A DNA stretch of 32,000 nucleotides from Methylorubrum extorquens (lineage in GTDB: Bacteria; Pseudomonadota; Alphaproteobacteria; Rhizobiales; Beijerinckiaceae), in contig LT962688.1 of assembly GCA_900234795.1 (NCBI GenBank), forward strand, positions 5,400,001 to 5,432,000, in the 5' to 3' direction. The notes under the pieces were generated by a model. It was not told where the DNA came from. It saw nothing but the letters and a program-made list of their open reading frames with translations, and did no database searches. Below are positions 21,462 through 28,546 of the stretch, in pieces. Within the stretch, counting starts at the first letter, position 1. Each line of letters opens with the position of its first letter. Both the position numbers and the translations under genes were made by a program.

Positions 21462-22448
21462 TCAGGCCGTGGAGACAGCCTGTTTCGCCTGATGCCGAAG
21501 GGCGAGCCGGTAAGTCAGGTCGCTCTGCGCCAGGCTGCCCGCGATGAAGCGGTCGAACGCGGCGACCCAGTGGGGGGTGAGGTGAATGTAGGCGTTGCGC
21601 GGCCCCGAGCGGACGAGGAAATTCCGCTCCTGCGCAACGGCCAGAATGTTGCGCACATGGCTCAGGGAGACGGCGAAGCGCGGTGCGAGATGAACGAGAT
21701 CCGATCCGCGGATGCGGCTCTCCGGGCCGCTGCCGCCCATCTCCGAGAGCGTCAGCAGGATGATCAGCGCGCTCGTGCTGCTGAGAAAGACGATGATCTC
21801 GAGGTTGCTCCACATCATGGCGATGATCGCGTCGAAGGCTGCGACGGCGGATCGGGCGTGGGCCGCCTGGAAGTCCAAGTCGCGCCGCCGCGCCGGTTCG
21901 AAACCGGGATCGGGGTAGAGAATGTCGAGCGGTGCGTAGTGGGCGGCCTTCCACTCGCGATCCCAGGCCAGGAGGCGCTCGGTCGGAAACAAGAGGCGCA
22001 CGCGGCTGTCCCCCGGCTGCTGCCGGAGTTCGAGATAGTTGGTCTGCACGAGGCGCGCGACGAAGCTGTCGATCAGCCTCGGACTGGCGAAGCCGAAACG
22101 GGCAACCGTCTCCTTGAGCAGGCTCAGCGTCGGCCAGGTCGCCCGGTCCGCCGGATCGTAATTGGCATGCTGACAGACGATGATGGCGAGGGTGGTCACC
22201 CGCCCCGCATCGGCGCCGAACTGGGCGGGAAACACGCCGGCTTCGTAGACCTTGGCATGTTCCGAGACGAAGACGCGGCGCGCTGCGGTAAAGTCGGGAT
22301 GGGCCAGGATCTGCCCGGGTGTCGCGTGTTCGACCTCTCCGACCCCCCGGATGACCGAGCCGGCCATCATGCGCCGTCTCCCGGTCGCGACATGCCCGAT
22401 TCGACCATCATCGCAGACAGGGACGAGGCGAATCTCGGCTGTTGCCAT
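21462..22448 (-). CDS. Hypothetical protein, possibly containing two winged-helix-like segments. The start is uncertain (22448, or 22370 after GGGAGA).
   Basis: 332-aa track ORF. The segments LKETVARFGFASPRLIDSFVARLVQTNYLELRQQPGDSRVRLLFPTERL and LAPRFAVSLSHVRNILAVAQERNFLVRSG resemble MarR-type wHTH units. This is my reading only and no family is recognised. Confidence 0.7.
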   Translation of the reverse strand: MATAEIRLVPVCDDGRIGHVATGRRRMMAGSVIRGVGEVEHATPGQILAHPDFTAARRVFVSEHAKVYEAGVFPAQFGADAGRVTTLAIIVCQHANYDPADRATWPTLSLLKETVARFGFASPRLIDSFVARLVQTNYLELRQQPGDSRVRLLFPTERLLAWDREWKAAHYAPLDILYPDPGFEPARRRDLDFQAAHARSAVAAFDAIIAMMWSNLEIIVFLSSTSALIILLTLSEMGGSGPESRIRGSDLVHLAPRFAVSLSHVRNILAVAQERNFLVRSGPRNAYIHLTPHWVAAFDRFIAGSLAQSDLTYRLALRHQAKQAVSTA

Positions 22449-22460
22449 TTCGGGAAACAA

Positions 22461-22625
22461 AAGCTCTTAAATGCTATAATATGCATCGACGCCAAGTCAG
22501 TTGCGAAGGAATATCTAATATTTTTTAATACCATGTTACTATAATTTAACGGAAGGCTTGCGAGACGCGATAGTGAGGGTAATTGGATCAAGCAATTGCC
22601 ACAAGAGAAGCTTTTTTCAAATGGA
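22461..22625. promoter_or_regulatory. Strongly AT-rich tract with two plus-strand consensus -10 boxes (TGCTATAAT at about 22473-22481, TACTATAAT at about 22545-22553). It marks the left edge of the accessory region.
   Basis: Read directly. The composition contrasts sharply with the flanking sequence. Promoter activity and direction are unverified. Confidence 0.4.
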
Positions 22626-23015
22626 TGTTATTCACCGGCAGTCCGGTCGATTCCGGCGGGCGGCGCTGGTCGAACGGACGTTTCGCCGCCGCTGGCCGAC
22701 AGGCCGCGCGGGAGCCTGATCGGTCGCCCCGTTGACGGGTGTGCGCACCGGGCCAGATAGGCGGCCATCCCTGTCATCATCCGGTGTGGCCATGGAATAC
22801 TTGCACACGATGGGTTGAGCGTGAATACCCTTGGCAGCTTGGGGCAGCAACAGGCTCGTCGGGGCCAGACGAAGACGTCCGACATCACTTTAGGGGCGGG
22901 TGATCCGCAAGCGATTCGCCTGCGAGTCACCTCGTGCTCGCTCGGTAATGGCATGAGCGGTTTCGTATTTTGCCTCCGCAATCTTTCTATACAAAATCCC
23001 TAGAGCCGTTACCGC

Positions 23016-23123
23016 TTACCTAGCGACGGCCAAGTCGTTGCCGTAGCCGGCGGCGGAAAGGCAGTTGCGGCACTCGTCTGGGGTGAAGTGGGTGAAGGCC
23101 CGAGTGATGGCATCCCAGAGATC
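23016..23123 (-). mobile_element. IS630-family transposase remnant: the last 35 codons plus the stop
   Basis: The minus-strand translation is DLWDAITRAFTHFTPDECRNCLSAAGYGNDLAVAR*. This matches the characteristic C-terminal motif of IS630-family transposases (…LW.AI…A…FTP.EC.NYF..AGY…). The frame hits a stop immediately upstream, at 23133-23135. Confidence 0.7.
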
Positions 23124-23124
23124 A

Positions 23125-23382
23125 GGCTGGGCCTACGAGAGCGGCGTCACGCTGGACTTCTCACGGCCCGGCAAGCCGACCGACAACGCGCTGGTCGAGT
23201 CGTTCAACGGCCGGCTGCGCGACGAGTGCCTGAACGCGAACTGGTTCTTGTCGTTGGCCGACGCGAGGAGCAAGATCGAGACGTGGCGGCGGCACTACAA
23301 CGAGAGCCGTCCTCACACCGCCCTGGGGTGGCGAACGCCCAAGGAATTCGCCCTGGCGGCGGCCCTGCAGGCCGCCGAATGA
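23125..23382 (+). mobile_element. IS3-family transposase OrfB C-terminal fragment (end of the rve integrase core)
   Basis: The sequence is GWAYESGVTLDFSRPGKPTDNALVESFNGRLRDECLNANWFLSLADARSKIETWRRHYNESRPHTALGWRTPKEFA. No catalytic N-terminal part is present. It abuts the IS630 fragment with no gap. Confidence 0.85.
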
Positions 23383-23486
23383 GATCCGGAAGCTCACCTT
23401 TCGGCCGGACCAAAATCCGGGGGACCCTCAGACCGACCCTGCACTAACTCTGAACTTGGACCACCGCGCGGGGGCCGATCATTTTC

Positions 23487-23550
23487 CGATAGCGTGCAGC
23501 CAAAGCGTCGGGCGAGGTATCGAGCATGACGCTTTGGCTGCACGCTATCG
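23487..23550. repeat. Perfect 23-bp inverted repeat (CGATAGCGTGCAGCCAAAGCGTC / GACGCTTTGGCTGCACGCTATCG) with an 18-nt loop
   Basis: Read directly and cross-checked against the frame of track ORF 23456..23650. No T-tract follows on either strand. Confidence 0.8.
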
Positions 23551-23708
23551 AAGCACGGACACGTCGGGCTCTGTGTCGCCGGGAGATGAAGCCGAAACCA
23601 CTATGAAGTTAGGAAGGGCAGCCGAAGCCGCCTCATCCTTGTGTGGTTAGCATCAGCTTGCGATCCGTATGCTGTAAGCTGTATGCTGCAAATAGATTGC
23701 GGCGAACT

Positions 23709-24314
23709 TCAGCGTGCCGGAGCGACAGTGACACTTGCGAAGGTCTTGCTCGCCTCCTCAACTGCTCGGGCGGATGTTTCGGTAATTGCCCTGCTGTCCT
23801 GAACCATGTTCTGCAAACCCTCGCGCATCAGATCGCTCTGAATGGCCGCGAACTCCTGAACCGACTTAGCCCGGGTCAGCTTAGTTAGGCCCTCCAGATT
23901 TCGCTGGAACTGCTTCTGACCGAGATCGAACAGGTTGCGTGAGGTATCCTGGAACGCTTGGCTGAGGACCGTGCCGCAACGAGTGACGGCTTCGATGTTT
24001 TGCTTCGACTCACGCGCCAGACGCTCACTGTCCTCGCCTGAGAAGCCGAGCGTCTTTGAGAAGCGATCGGCCGCCTCGCGAGCCTGCTGCGTGGCCGTGT
24101 CGACGCCGTTCTGCATCACCTGCTTTGTGGCTTCAGTTGCCTTCTCGCGCAAATCGACCGTCTTGTTGAAGCCCTCCTGCGCTGCGTCAGCAAACCGCTT
24201 GCCATGCTCGGCGCCTGTATCAGCTGCGTGGGTGGAATTGGCTTTGGCTGCTTCGGCGATGTGAGCGTCCTGGCCGTTCTGCTTGCCGACGTTGGCGTTC
24301 TGATTGTTCGACAT
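23709..24314 (-). CDS. Phasin family protein (PHA granule-associated)
   Basis: The start is at M27 of track ORF 23709..24392 (MSNNQNANVGKQNG…), preceded by GAGGGTGG. The protein is Ala/Gln/Glu-rich and helical. The segment …LFDLGQKQFQRNLEGLTKLTRAKSVQEFAAIQSDLMREGLQNMVQD… is typical of phasin_2 proteins. Confidence 0.85.
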   Translation of the reverse strand: MSNNQNANVGKQNGQDAHIAEAAKANSTHAADTGAEHGKRFADAAQEGFNKTVDLREKATEATKQVMQNGVDTATQQAREAADRFSKTLGFSGEDSERLARESKQNIEAVTRCGTVLSQAFQDTSRNLFDLGQKQFQRNLEGLTKLTRAKSVQEFAAIQSDLMREGLQNMVQDSRAITETSARAVEEASKTFASVTVAPAR

Positions 24315-25011
24315 TTGAACCACCCTCAAAATATACTTTGATACAGGCACCGGAAGAAAATGAGAAAGCAACCCATTCAAATTCGGCCGCAAAGCGATTA
24401 ATTCAGATCGCTTCGCTGTAGTTAAATGGCAGTACGAGATTTTATTTCAACCCCCTGCGGACTTATTTGCCTGATATTATCTTATAATATATTTCTGTAA
24501 AAAAGGTGCTAAACTTCCTAATATTCATGCGCATCGTACCTTTCGAAGGTCATGGGGCCAAGGTGAAGCTCAAGCTCAAGCATGATTGACGGCAGTGATG
24601 TCATTGCCGCCATGAGGCGTTGGAGGCCGATCATGGGCTAGGAGACACGGGGTCCGCGTCGGCAATCGATAAGTCTCAAAGGTGTGCCGAAGCGCCGACA
24701 GCGAACAAAGCTACCATAAATTGTGCGGCGACCTTCGATCATTGTCCGGCTTCACCGCACCGGGCAAGGGAGGCCAGACGGCATTTCAGGCTTGTGACCC
24801 TTGCCCAGGGTATGGTCGGGAGGATGAGAGCCTACGACTCTGATTTGCGCAGTGCTCTAATCGGGCGCGAAACGCCTCCCTTGTTTTGCCTCGATAGGGA
24901 GAAGGACCGATGAATGACAGAGTTCCGACCCGGCAGAGCCGCTGCAAAGGGGAACGGAACACCCAGTGCCACCCGGCGCTTGCCTCTCGGGCGGTATGGC
25001 GGGAGGCGGCG

Positions 25012-25218
25012 ATGAAGGTTTTTCAAGTCAGGCAGCGCAGTACGGACGCTGTGTTGTGGGTGGGCTCGGCCCACAATGAGGTTGGGGCGCTCGACGCTAT
25101 GGCGCATGAGGCTGGGTACTATGACTACTCGGACTTGCCCGACGAGGTCCGAGACGGCGGCCTCATGGTCGAAGCTGTTACGCTCAAGGTTCAGCCCATG
25201 ATTATAAGTCACAGCTGA
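25012..25218 (+). CDS. Small hypothetical protein (68 aa; an alternative ATG at 24910 gives 102 aa)
   Basis: It begins MKVFQVRQRSTDAVLWVGSAHNEVGALDAMAHEAGYYDYSDLPDEVRDGGLMVEAV…. GGGAGG lies 6 nt upstream of 25012. The 24910 ATG also has an SD (GGGAGAAGG), but it would add an Arg/Cys-rich N-terminus. Confidence 0.5.
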   Translation: MKVFQVRQRSTDAVLWVGSAHNEVGALDAMAHEAGYYDYSDLPDEVRDGGLMVEAVTLKVQPMIISHS

Positions 25219-25342
25219 GGCAAAGCGGCCTTTACAGAGTTCTGTAGGGCCGTATGAGCAATGTGGCAGGTTCCAGAGAACGGACGAGTTGCCGAGCGCG
25301 CCAGCACTCGCCACATAAAAAACTCGTCAGGACACCAAAGCC

Positions 25343-25714
25343 TTGCCGCTCACCAGCCTGTTGCCGCCGATTGCTGCTGCTACGGTCCTTAACGCGTTCC
25401 TGTTCGCACTTGCCTGGAGGGCGTTTCAGAGAGAGCGCGGCAGTGGCCGGCAGTCTTGGCTCTTATCTTCTGGGTTGATGCTTTATGGCGCTCTATCAAT
25501 GAGTGGATTTTATATTATAAGACGGCAATCGCTTGCAACATACACCGAAATATTCTTTGTTGCGGCAGTGGGAGAAGCGCTGGGCGGCGGGATCGCCTAT
25601 GCAATCCTCAGTGCCTTCGTGTTCATGCGCGGGCAGAACATCGAGCATCGGGTAGTCCCTATCTTCGCGGCCATCTTCCTGACCGGCATCCTTGTCGCTG
25701 TCGCCCTGTCGTAG
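25343..25714 (+). CDS. Small membrane protein, about 4 TM helices, unknown function
   Basis: 123-aa ORF with a TTG start. It contains hydrophobic helices (LLPPIAAATVLNAFLFALAW, LLSSGLMLYGALSMSGFYII, IFFVAAVGEALGGGIAYAILSAFVF, VVPIFAAIFLTGILVAVAL). No clear SD is present. Confidence 0.5.
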   Translation: MPLTSLLPPIAAATVLNAFLFALAWRAFQRERGSGRQSWLLSSGLMLYGALSMSGFYIIRRQSLATYTEIFFVAAVGEALGGGIAYAILSAFVFMRGQNIEHRVVPIFAAIFLTGILVAVALS

Positions 25715-25837
25715 CTACCAAAGCTTGACTGGCTCGGGGGAAATCGCCTCGCAGGGTCCTTTATCGGCGCAGCCGCAAAGGTGGCCATGGTCTTACTTTG
25801 ATTGAATGTGAATGCTCCATTTGCTGGCGCGGAGCCT

Positions 25838-26074
25838 CTACTTTTGCGGCGCGGGCTTCGAAGAAGCATCAAGCTTGGCGCCTGCTACGCATTGAATCAT
25901 AAATGTCAGCCGCCGATTCGTTCCAAGCTTGTCGTGGTTCGCTTTGTCCATGCACTGCTTTTGCCAAGGAGCCTCATCAGCGGATGTGCGAGTGGCAGCA
26001 GACTCCTCCTGAGCGAGCGCGGATGATCCACACGCTGCTATGGTGAGTAGGAATACAGAACATTTCATAGTCAT
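25838..26074 (-). CDS. Small secreted protein with a PsiF-repeat-like motif
   Basis: Signal peptide MKCSVFLLTIAACGSSALA|QE. The segment QKQCMDKANHDKLGTNRRLTFMIQCVAG resembles the PsiF repeat pattern C-x3-A-x(n)-L-x-G-x2-R-x2-FM-x2-C. Alternative starts are at 26068 and 26086. Confidence 0.6.
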   Translation of the reverse strand: MTMKCSVFLLTIAACGSSALAQEESAATRTSADEAPWQKQCMDKANHDKLGTNRRLTFMIQCVAGAKLDASSKPAPQK

Positions 26075-26315
26075 CTTATCCGCCAATAAATTCTACCTCA
26101 TCAATGAAAGTCGTTAGATAAGGCATTGGTTCAAGTGCGCGATTTTTGGCATCAAATTACATAATTTGAATGGTCGAAGTTTAAGACCGCACAAATTATG
26201 GTGCAGGAATGTCTGGAACGCCGTCTATCTTAGGTGGCGGCACCTCCCTGGTGGCGAGACGGAAAATTGGGGAGGGCCCGCCGTTGAACGGCACGCTCAA
26301 TGAGCTGCGCGTACG

Positions 26316-26346
26316 AAAAACCCCGCCGCGGCTAAGCCGAGCGGGG
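26316..26346 (-). terminator. Rho-independent terminator downstream of the 63-aa ORF
   Basis: The minus strand reads CCCCGC-TCGGCTTAGCCGCG-GCGGGG followed by TTTTT. It begins 12 nt after the stop at 26358. Confidence 0.6.
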
Positions 26347-26357
26347 CTGGAAGAACC

Positions 26358-26549
26358 TCAGATTAGATCGACAGCCACGGCGTGCACGACGTTGTCGTTG
26401 AGCGCGGGGTGCTGATTGCCGATACGTACCGAGGCCCCCTTACGTCTCGCCCACCTGATCGCCTCGGACGTTCGGGCGGACCGTCGGTCGATCCACGCCT
26501 CCTGCCGTACGGGCGCCACGCGCCCAAAGCGTCGTTGGCTTGGCTTCAT
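26358..26549 (-). CDS. Small basic hypothetical protein (63 aa)
   Basis: ATG preceded by TGGAGC. The product is MKPSQRRFGRVAPVRQEAWIDRRSARTSEAIRWARRKGASVRIGNQHPALNDNVVHAVAVDLI. It is immediately followed by an intrinsic terminator. No family is recognised. Confidence 0.5.
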   Translation of the reverse strand: MKPSQRRFGRVAPVRQEAWIDRRSARTSEAIRWARRKGASVRIGNQHPALNDNVVHAVAVDLI

Positions 26550-27010
26550 GGTTGCTCCAGTTCACACAGCGTAACTGCGGGATCGAACGATGCCGTTACT
26601 CGATCTCTGGTGGTGAGCCGGACGGAATGCCGAGCGGCTCGTTCGATGAGGGCATTTCCTCAGGTCCATAGTCCGGAAGGCCCCGTGGTTCAGGCAACGG
26701 GTTTTAATTGGGCTGGGGGGGCGCGCCGATGACAGGTTGCGAATCGTGGGGCCGGGCCCCATTCGGAAGACATCAGATCTGACATAGAGATCCCTCGGAG
26801 TGCATCTCGATGCCTCGCTTCAGCCACCTGCGAAGACCGGAGCTGGGCAGAAGTGCCTCATGGCGTCACTGAAAGGTCGTCCATGAGGTAGTGGACCAAG
26901 ATCTCGCTCGTCGCCCTCAGCCCATAGGCCGTCAGTGTCTCGTGAGAGCCGGGTGGAATCTGACCTGACGAATATTTTGGACCGAGCCGAGTGAGCGACT
27001 GTCTTGCTGG

Positions 27011-27940
27011 TCAAGCGGGTTGCCATGGCGTTCCGTCTCTCAGGATGGCGTTGAGGATGGTGATCAGCTTCCGAGCGGTGGCAATCAGGGCAACGAGCTT
27101 GGGCTTACCGGCTGCGATGAGCCGGTCGCGGAAGGTTTTCAGCGCGGCATTGTGACGGCTGGCCACCATGGCCCCCATGAACAGCGCCGTGCGAACAGGT
27201 GCGCGGCCGCCTGCAATGAAGCTCCTCCCTCGCCACTGACCGGATTGCCGCGTCCAAGGGGCCAAGCCGACCAGCGCGGCGACTTGCTTCCGGTTGAGGC
27301 TTCCAAGCTCAGGCAGCTCCGCGATCAGGGTTCGTGCGATCGTCGGTCCAACACCAGGAACGGAGGTCAGGAGGGTCTCCTTCCTGCGCCATTCAAGCGA
27401 CCGGTCTACCTCTGCATCGATCGAGCGGTCGATCACACTCTGCTCCTGCTCCAACGCCTCTATGACGCGCCGGACGCTGTCTCGAATGCACGGTGGAGCT
27501 TGGCTCGCTCGCTGCCGCTCGGACGCGATCAGTCCTACGATCTGACGGCGTCTTGTGACGAGATCAGCCAAGGCCTGAGTCTCGGCATCGGCCCGAGCGC
27601 GAACGGGTGGGTTGGTGGCCGCCGCGAACCGGGCGATCACGGTGGCGTCGATGCGGTCGGTCTTGGCGCGTTGGCCCAAGGCGTGAGCGAAAGCACGGAC
27701 CTGTGCTGGGTTCACGATCACGGCTGGTAGCCTCCAGGTGGTGAGAGCACGTGCCACCATGGCTTCCAAACCGCCGGTTGCCTCCAGGACGACGAGCTTC
27801 GGCTTCAGGGGCCGGAGGCGTTCGCACAGCTGCTCCACACCCTCTGTCGTACGGTCAACGGCGAAGTTCGCTCCAGAGGGATGAACGTGAATATCGAGGC
27901 GGTCTCGGGCGACATCGATCCCGACAACAGGAGCGTCCAT
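27011..27940 (-). CDS. IS110-family transposase (DEDD type), apparently intact
   Basis: The start is at M121 of track ORF 27011..28300. The sequence is MDAPVVGIDVARDRLDIHV…LVVLEATGGLE…AKTDRIDA…TSVPGVGPTIARTLIAELPELG…LVGLAPWTRQSGQWRG…, 309 aa. Confidence 0.92.
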   Translation of the reverse strand: MDAPVVGIDVARDRLDIHVHPSGANFAVDRTTEGVEQLCERLRPLKPKLVVLEATGGLEAMVARALTTWRLPAVIVNPAQVRAFAHALGQRAKTDRIDATVIARFAAATNPPVRARADAETQALADLVTRRRQIVGLIASERQRASQAPPCIRDSVRRVIEALEQEQSVIDRSIDAEVDRSLEWRRKETLLTSVPGVGPTIARTLIAELPELGSLNRKQVAALVGLAPWTRQSGQWRGRSFIAGGRAPVRTALFMGAMVASRHNAALKTFRDRLIAAGKPKLVALIATARKLITILNAILRDGTPWQPA

Positions 27941-28125
27941 CTGATCCCATCCTTGCGCAAGCGGGCTTCGCGTTGAGCGGCCCAAGCGACTGTTCGGGTT
28001 CGATGGAACGGCGGGCGAGGACCCTGGCTCACTTGCGGGCTTGGTGGCCCCAGAGGCTAACGGTCTCTCACCCGCCACCGCGCCGAAGAGCATACCCGGC
28101 GAAGGTGGGATCAAGTTACAAGAGG

Positions 28126-28311
28126 CTACTGCATGGCCGCTGCCATGGGTAGCCGGAAGGCCCGATCGGGGAAGCTGACAGGCGCGGGCGGCCGGTAGCC
28201 CAGGGACGAGTGCGGCCGGACGCGGTTGTAGGTGTTCTGCCACAGGGCGATTACGGCCTGGGCTTCCTTGAGCGAGTAGAAGATCTCTTGGCGCAGGCAC
28301 TCGTCGCGTAG
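28126..28311 (-). pseudogene. IS3-family OrfB C-terminal fragment (about 61 codons)
   Basis: The sequence is LRDECLRQEIFYSLKEAQAVIALWQNTYNRVRPHSSLGYRPPAPV…*. It corresponds to the tail of track ORF 28126..28470. Confidence 0.8.
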
Positions 28312-28436
28312 CTCTGCTCGGAGATCTCCGCCTCCTTGCACGCCAAAGCCAAACTCTTGCCCTGGGCGGTCTGCACCTCGATCTGGCGCAGCTTCAGCAC
28401 GACCTGCTCCGCGCTCGTCTTCTGTCCTCGTCCCAT
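28308..28436 (-). pseudogene. IS3-family OrfA N-terminal fragment (about 43 codons, HTH region)
   Basis: The sequence is MGRGQKTSAEQVVLKLRQIEVQTAQGKSLALACKEAEISEQSY (track ORF 28251..28436). Homology stops where the OrfB fragment begins in another frame, so the deletion junction is at about 28305-28312. Confidence 0.75.
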
Positions 28437-28546
28437 GTCCGACTCCTTCGGTCCTAGCTGATCCTCTCAATCAGCCCGGTCCAAAGCCAGCCGGTCAGGT
28501 CAAGTGCACGAGGCTGTCTAGGAGTGGCGCTGAACCCCGCAACCAA

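Larger units (their letters stand above)
26961..28502 (-). mobile_element. IS3-family relic, defined by imperfect terminal inverted repeats. It is internally deleted and carries an IS110-family insertion.
   Basis: The IR at 26961 (plus strand) is TGACCTGACGAATATTTTGGACCGAGC. The IR at 28502 (minus strand) is TGACCTGACCGGCTGGCTTTGGACCGGGC. They share TGACCTGAC and TTTGGACCG.GC blocks. OrfA and OrfB fragments and the IS110 transposase gene lie between them. Confidence 0.75.

Noticed and set aside
22628-22981. 117-aa Cys-rich minus-strand ORF (and the overlapping 72-aa and 62-aa ORFs) between the AT-rich tract and the IS630 end
   Set aside because: It has no recognisable motif, an odd composition (…WPRRACCCPKLPRVF…), a TTG start and no SD. 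The region is more likely degraded or non-coding flank of the IS insertions.
24300-24361. Hand reading of the printed bases gave one extra c at the 24300/24301 line break. It also gave one a too few at 24360/24361, compared with what the ORF-track translation of the phasin N-terminus (…HFLPVPVSKYILRVVQMSNNQNANV…) requires.
   Set aside because: The ORF track, computed from the sequence, reads straight through in one frame. The two discrepancies cancel exactly over one printed line. This is most likely my own counting error at the line boundaries, so I make no biological claim. The phasin coordinates are taken from the track.
26748-26762. Near-palindrome TGGGGCCGGGCCCCA, and the BglII-type palindromes nearby
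   Set aside because: It is too short, it would leave only a one-base loop, and it is common in G+C-rich DNA.
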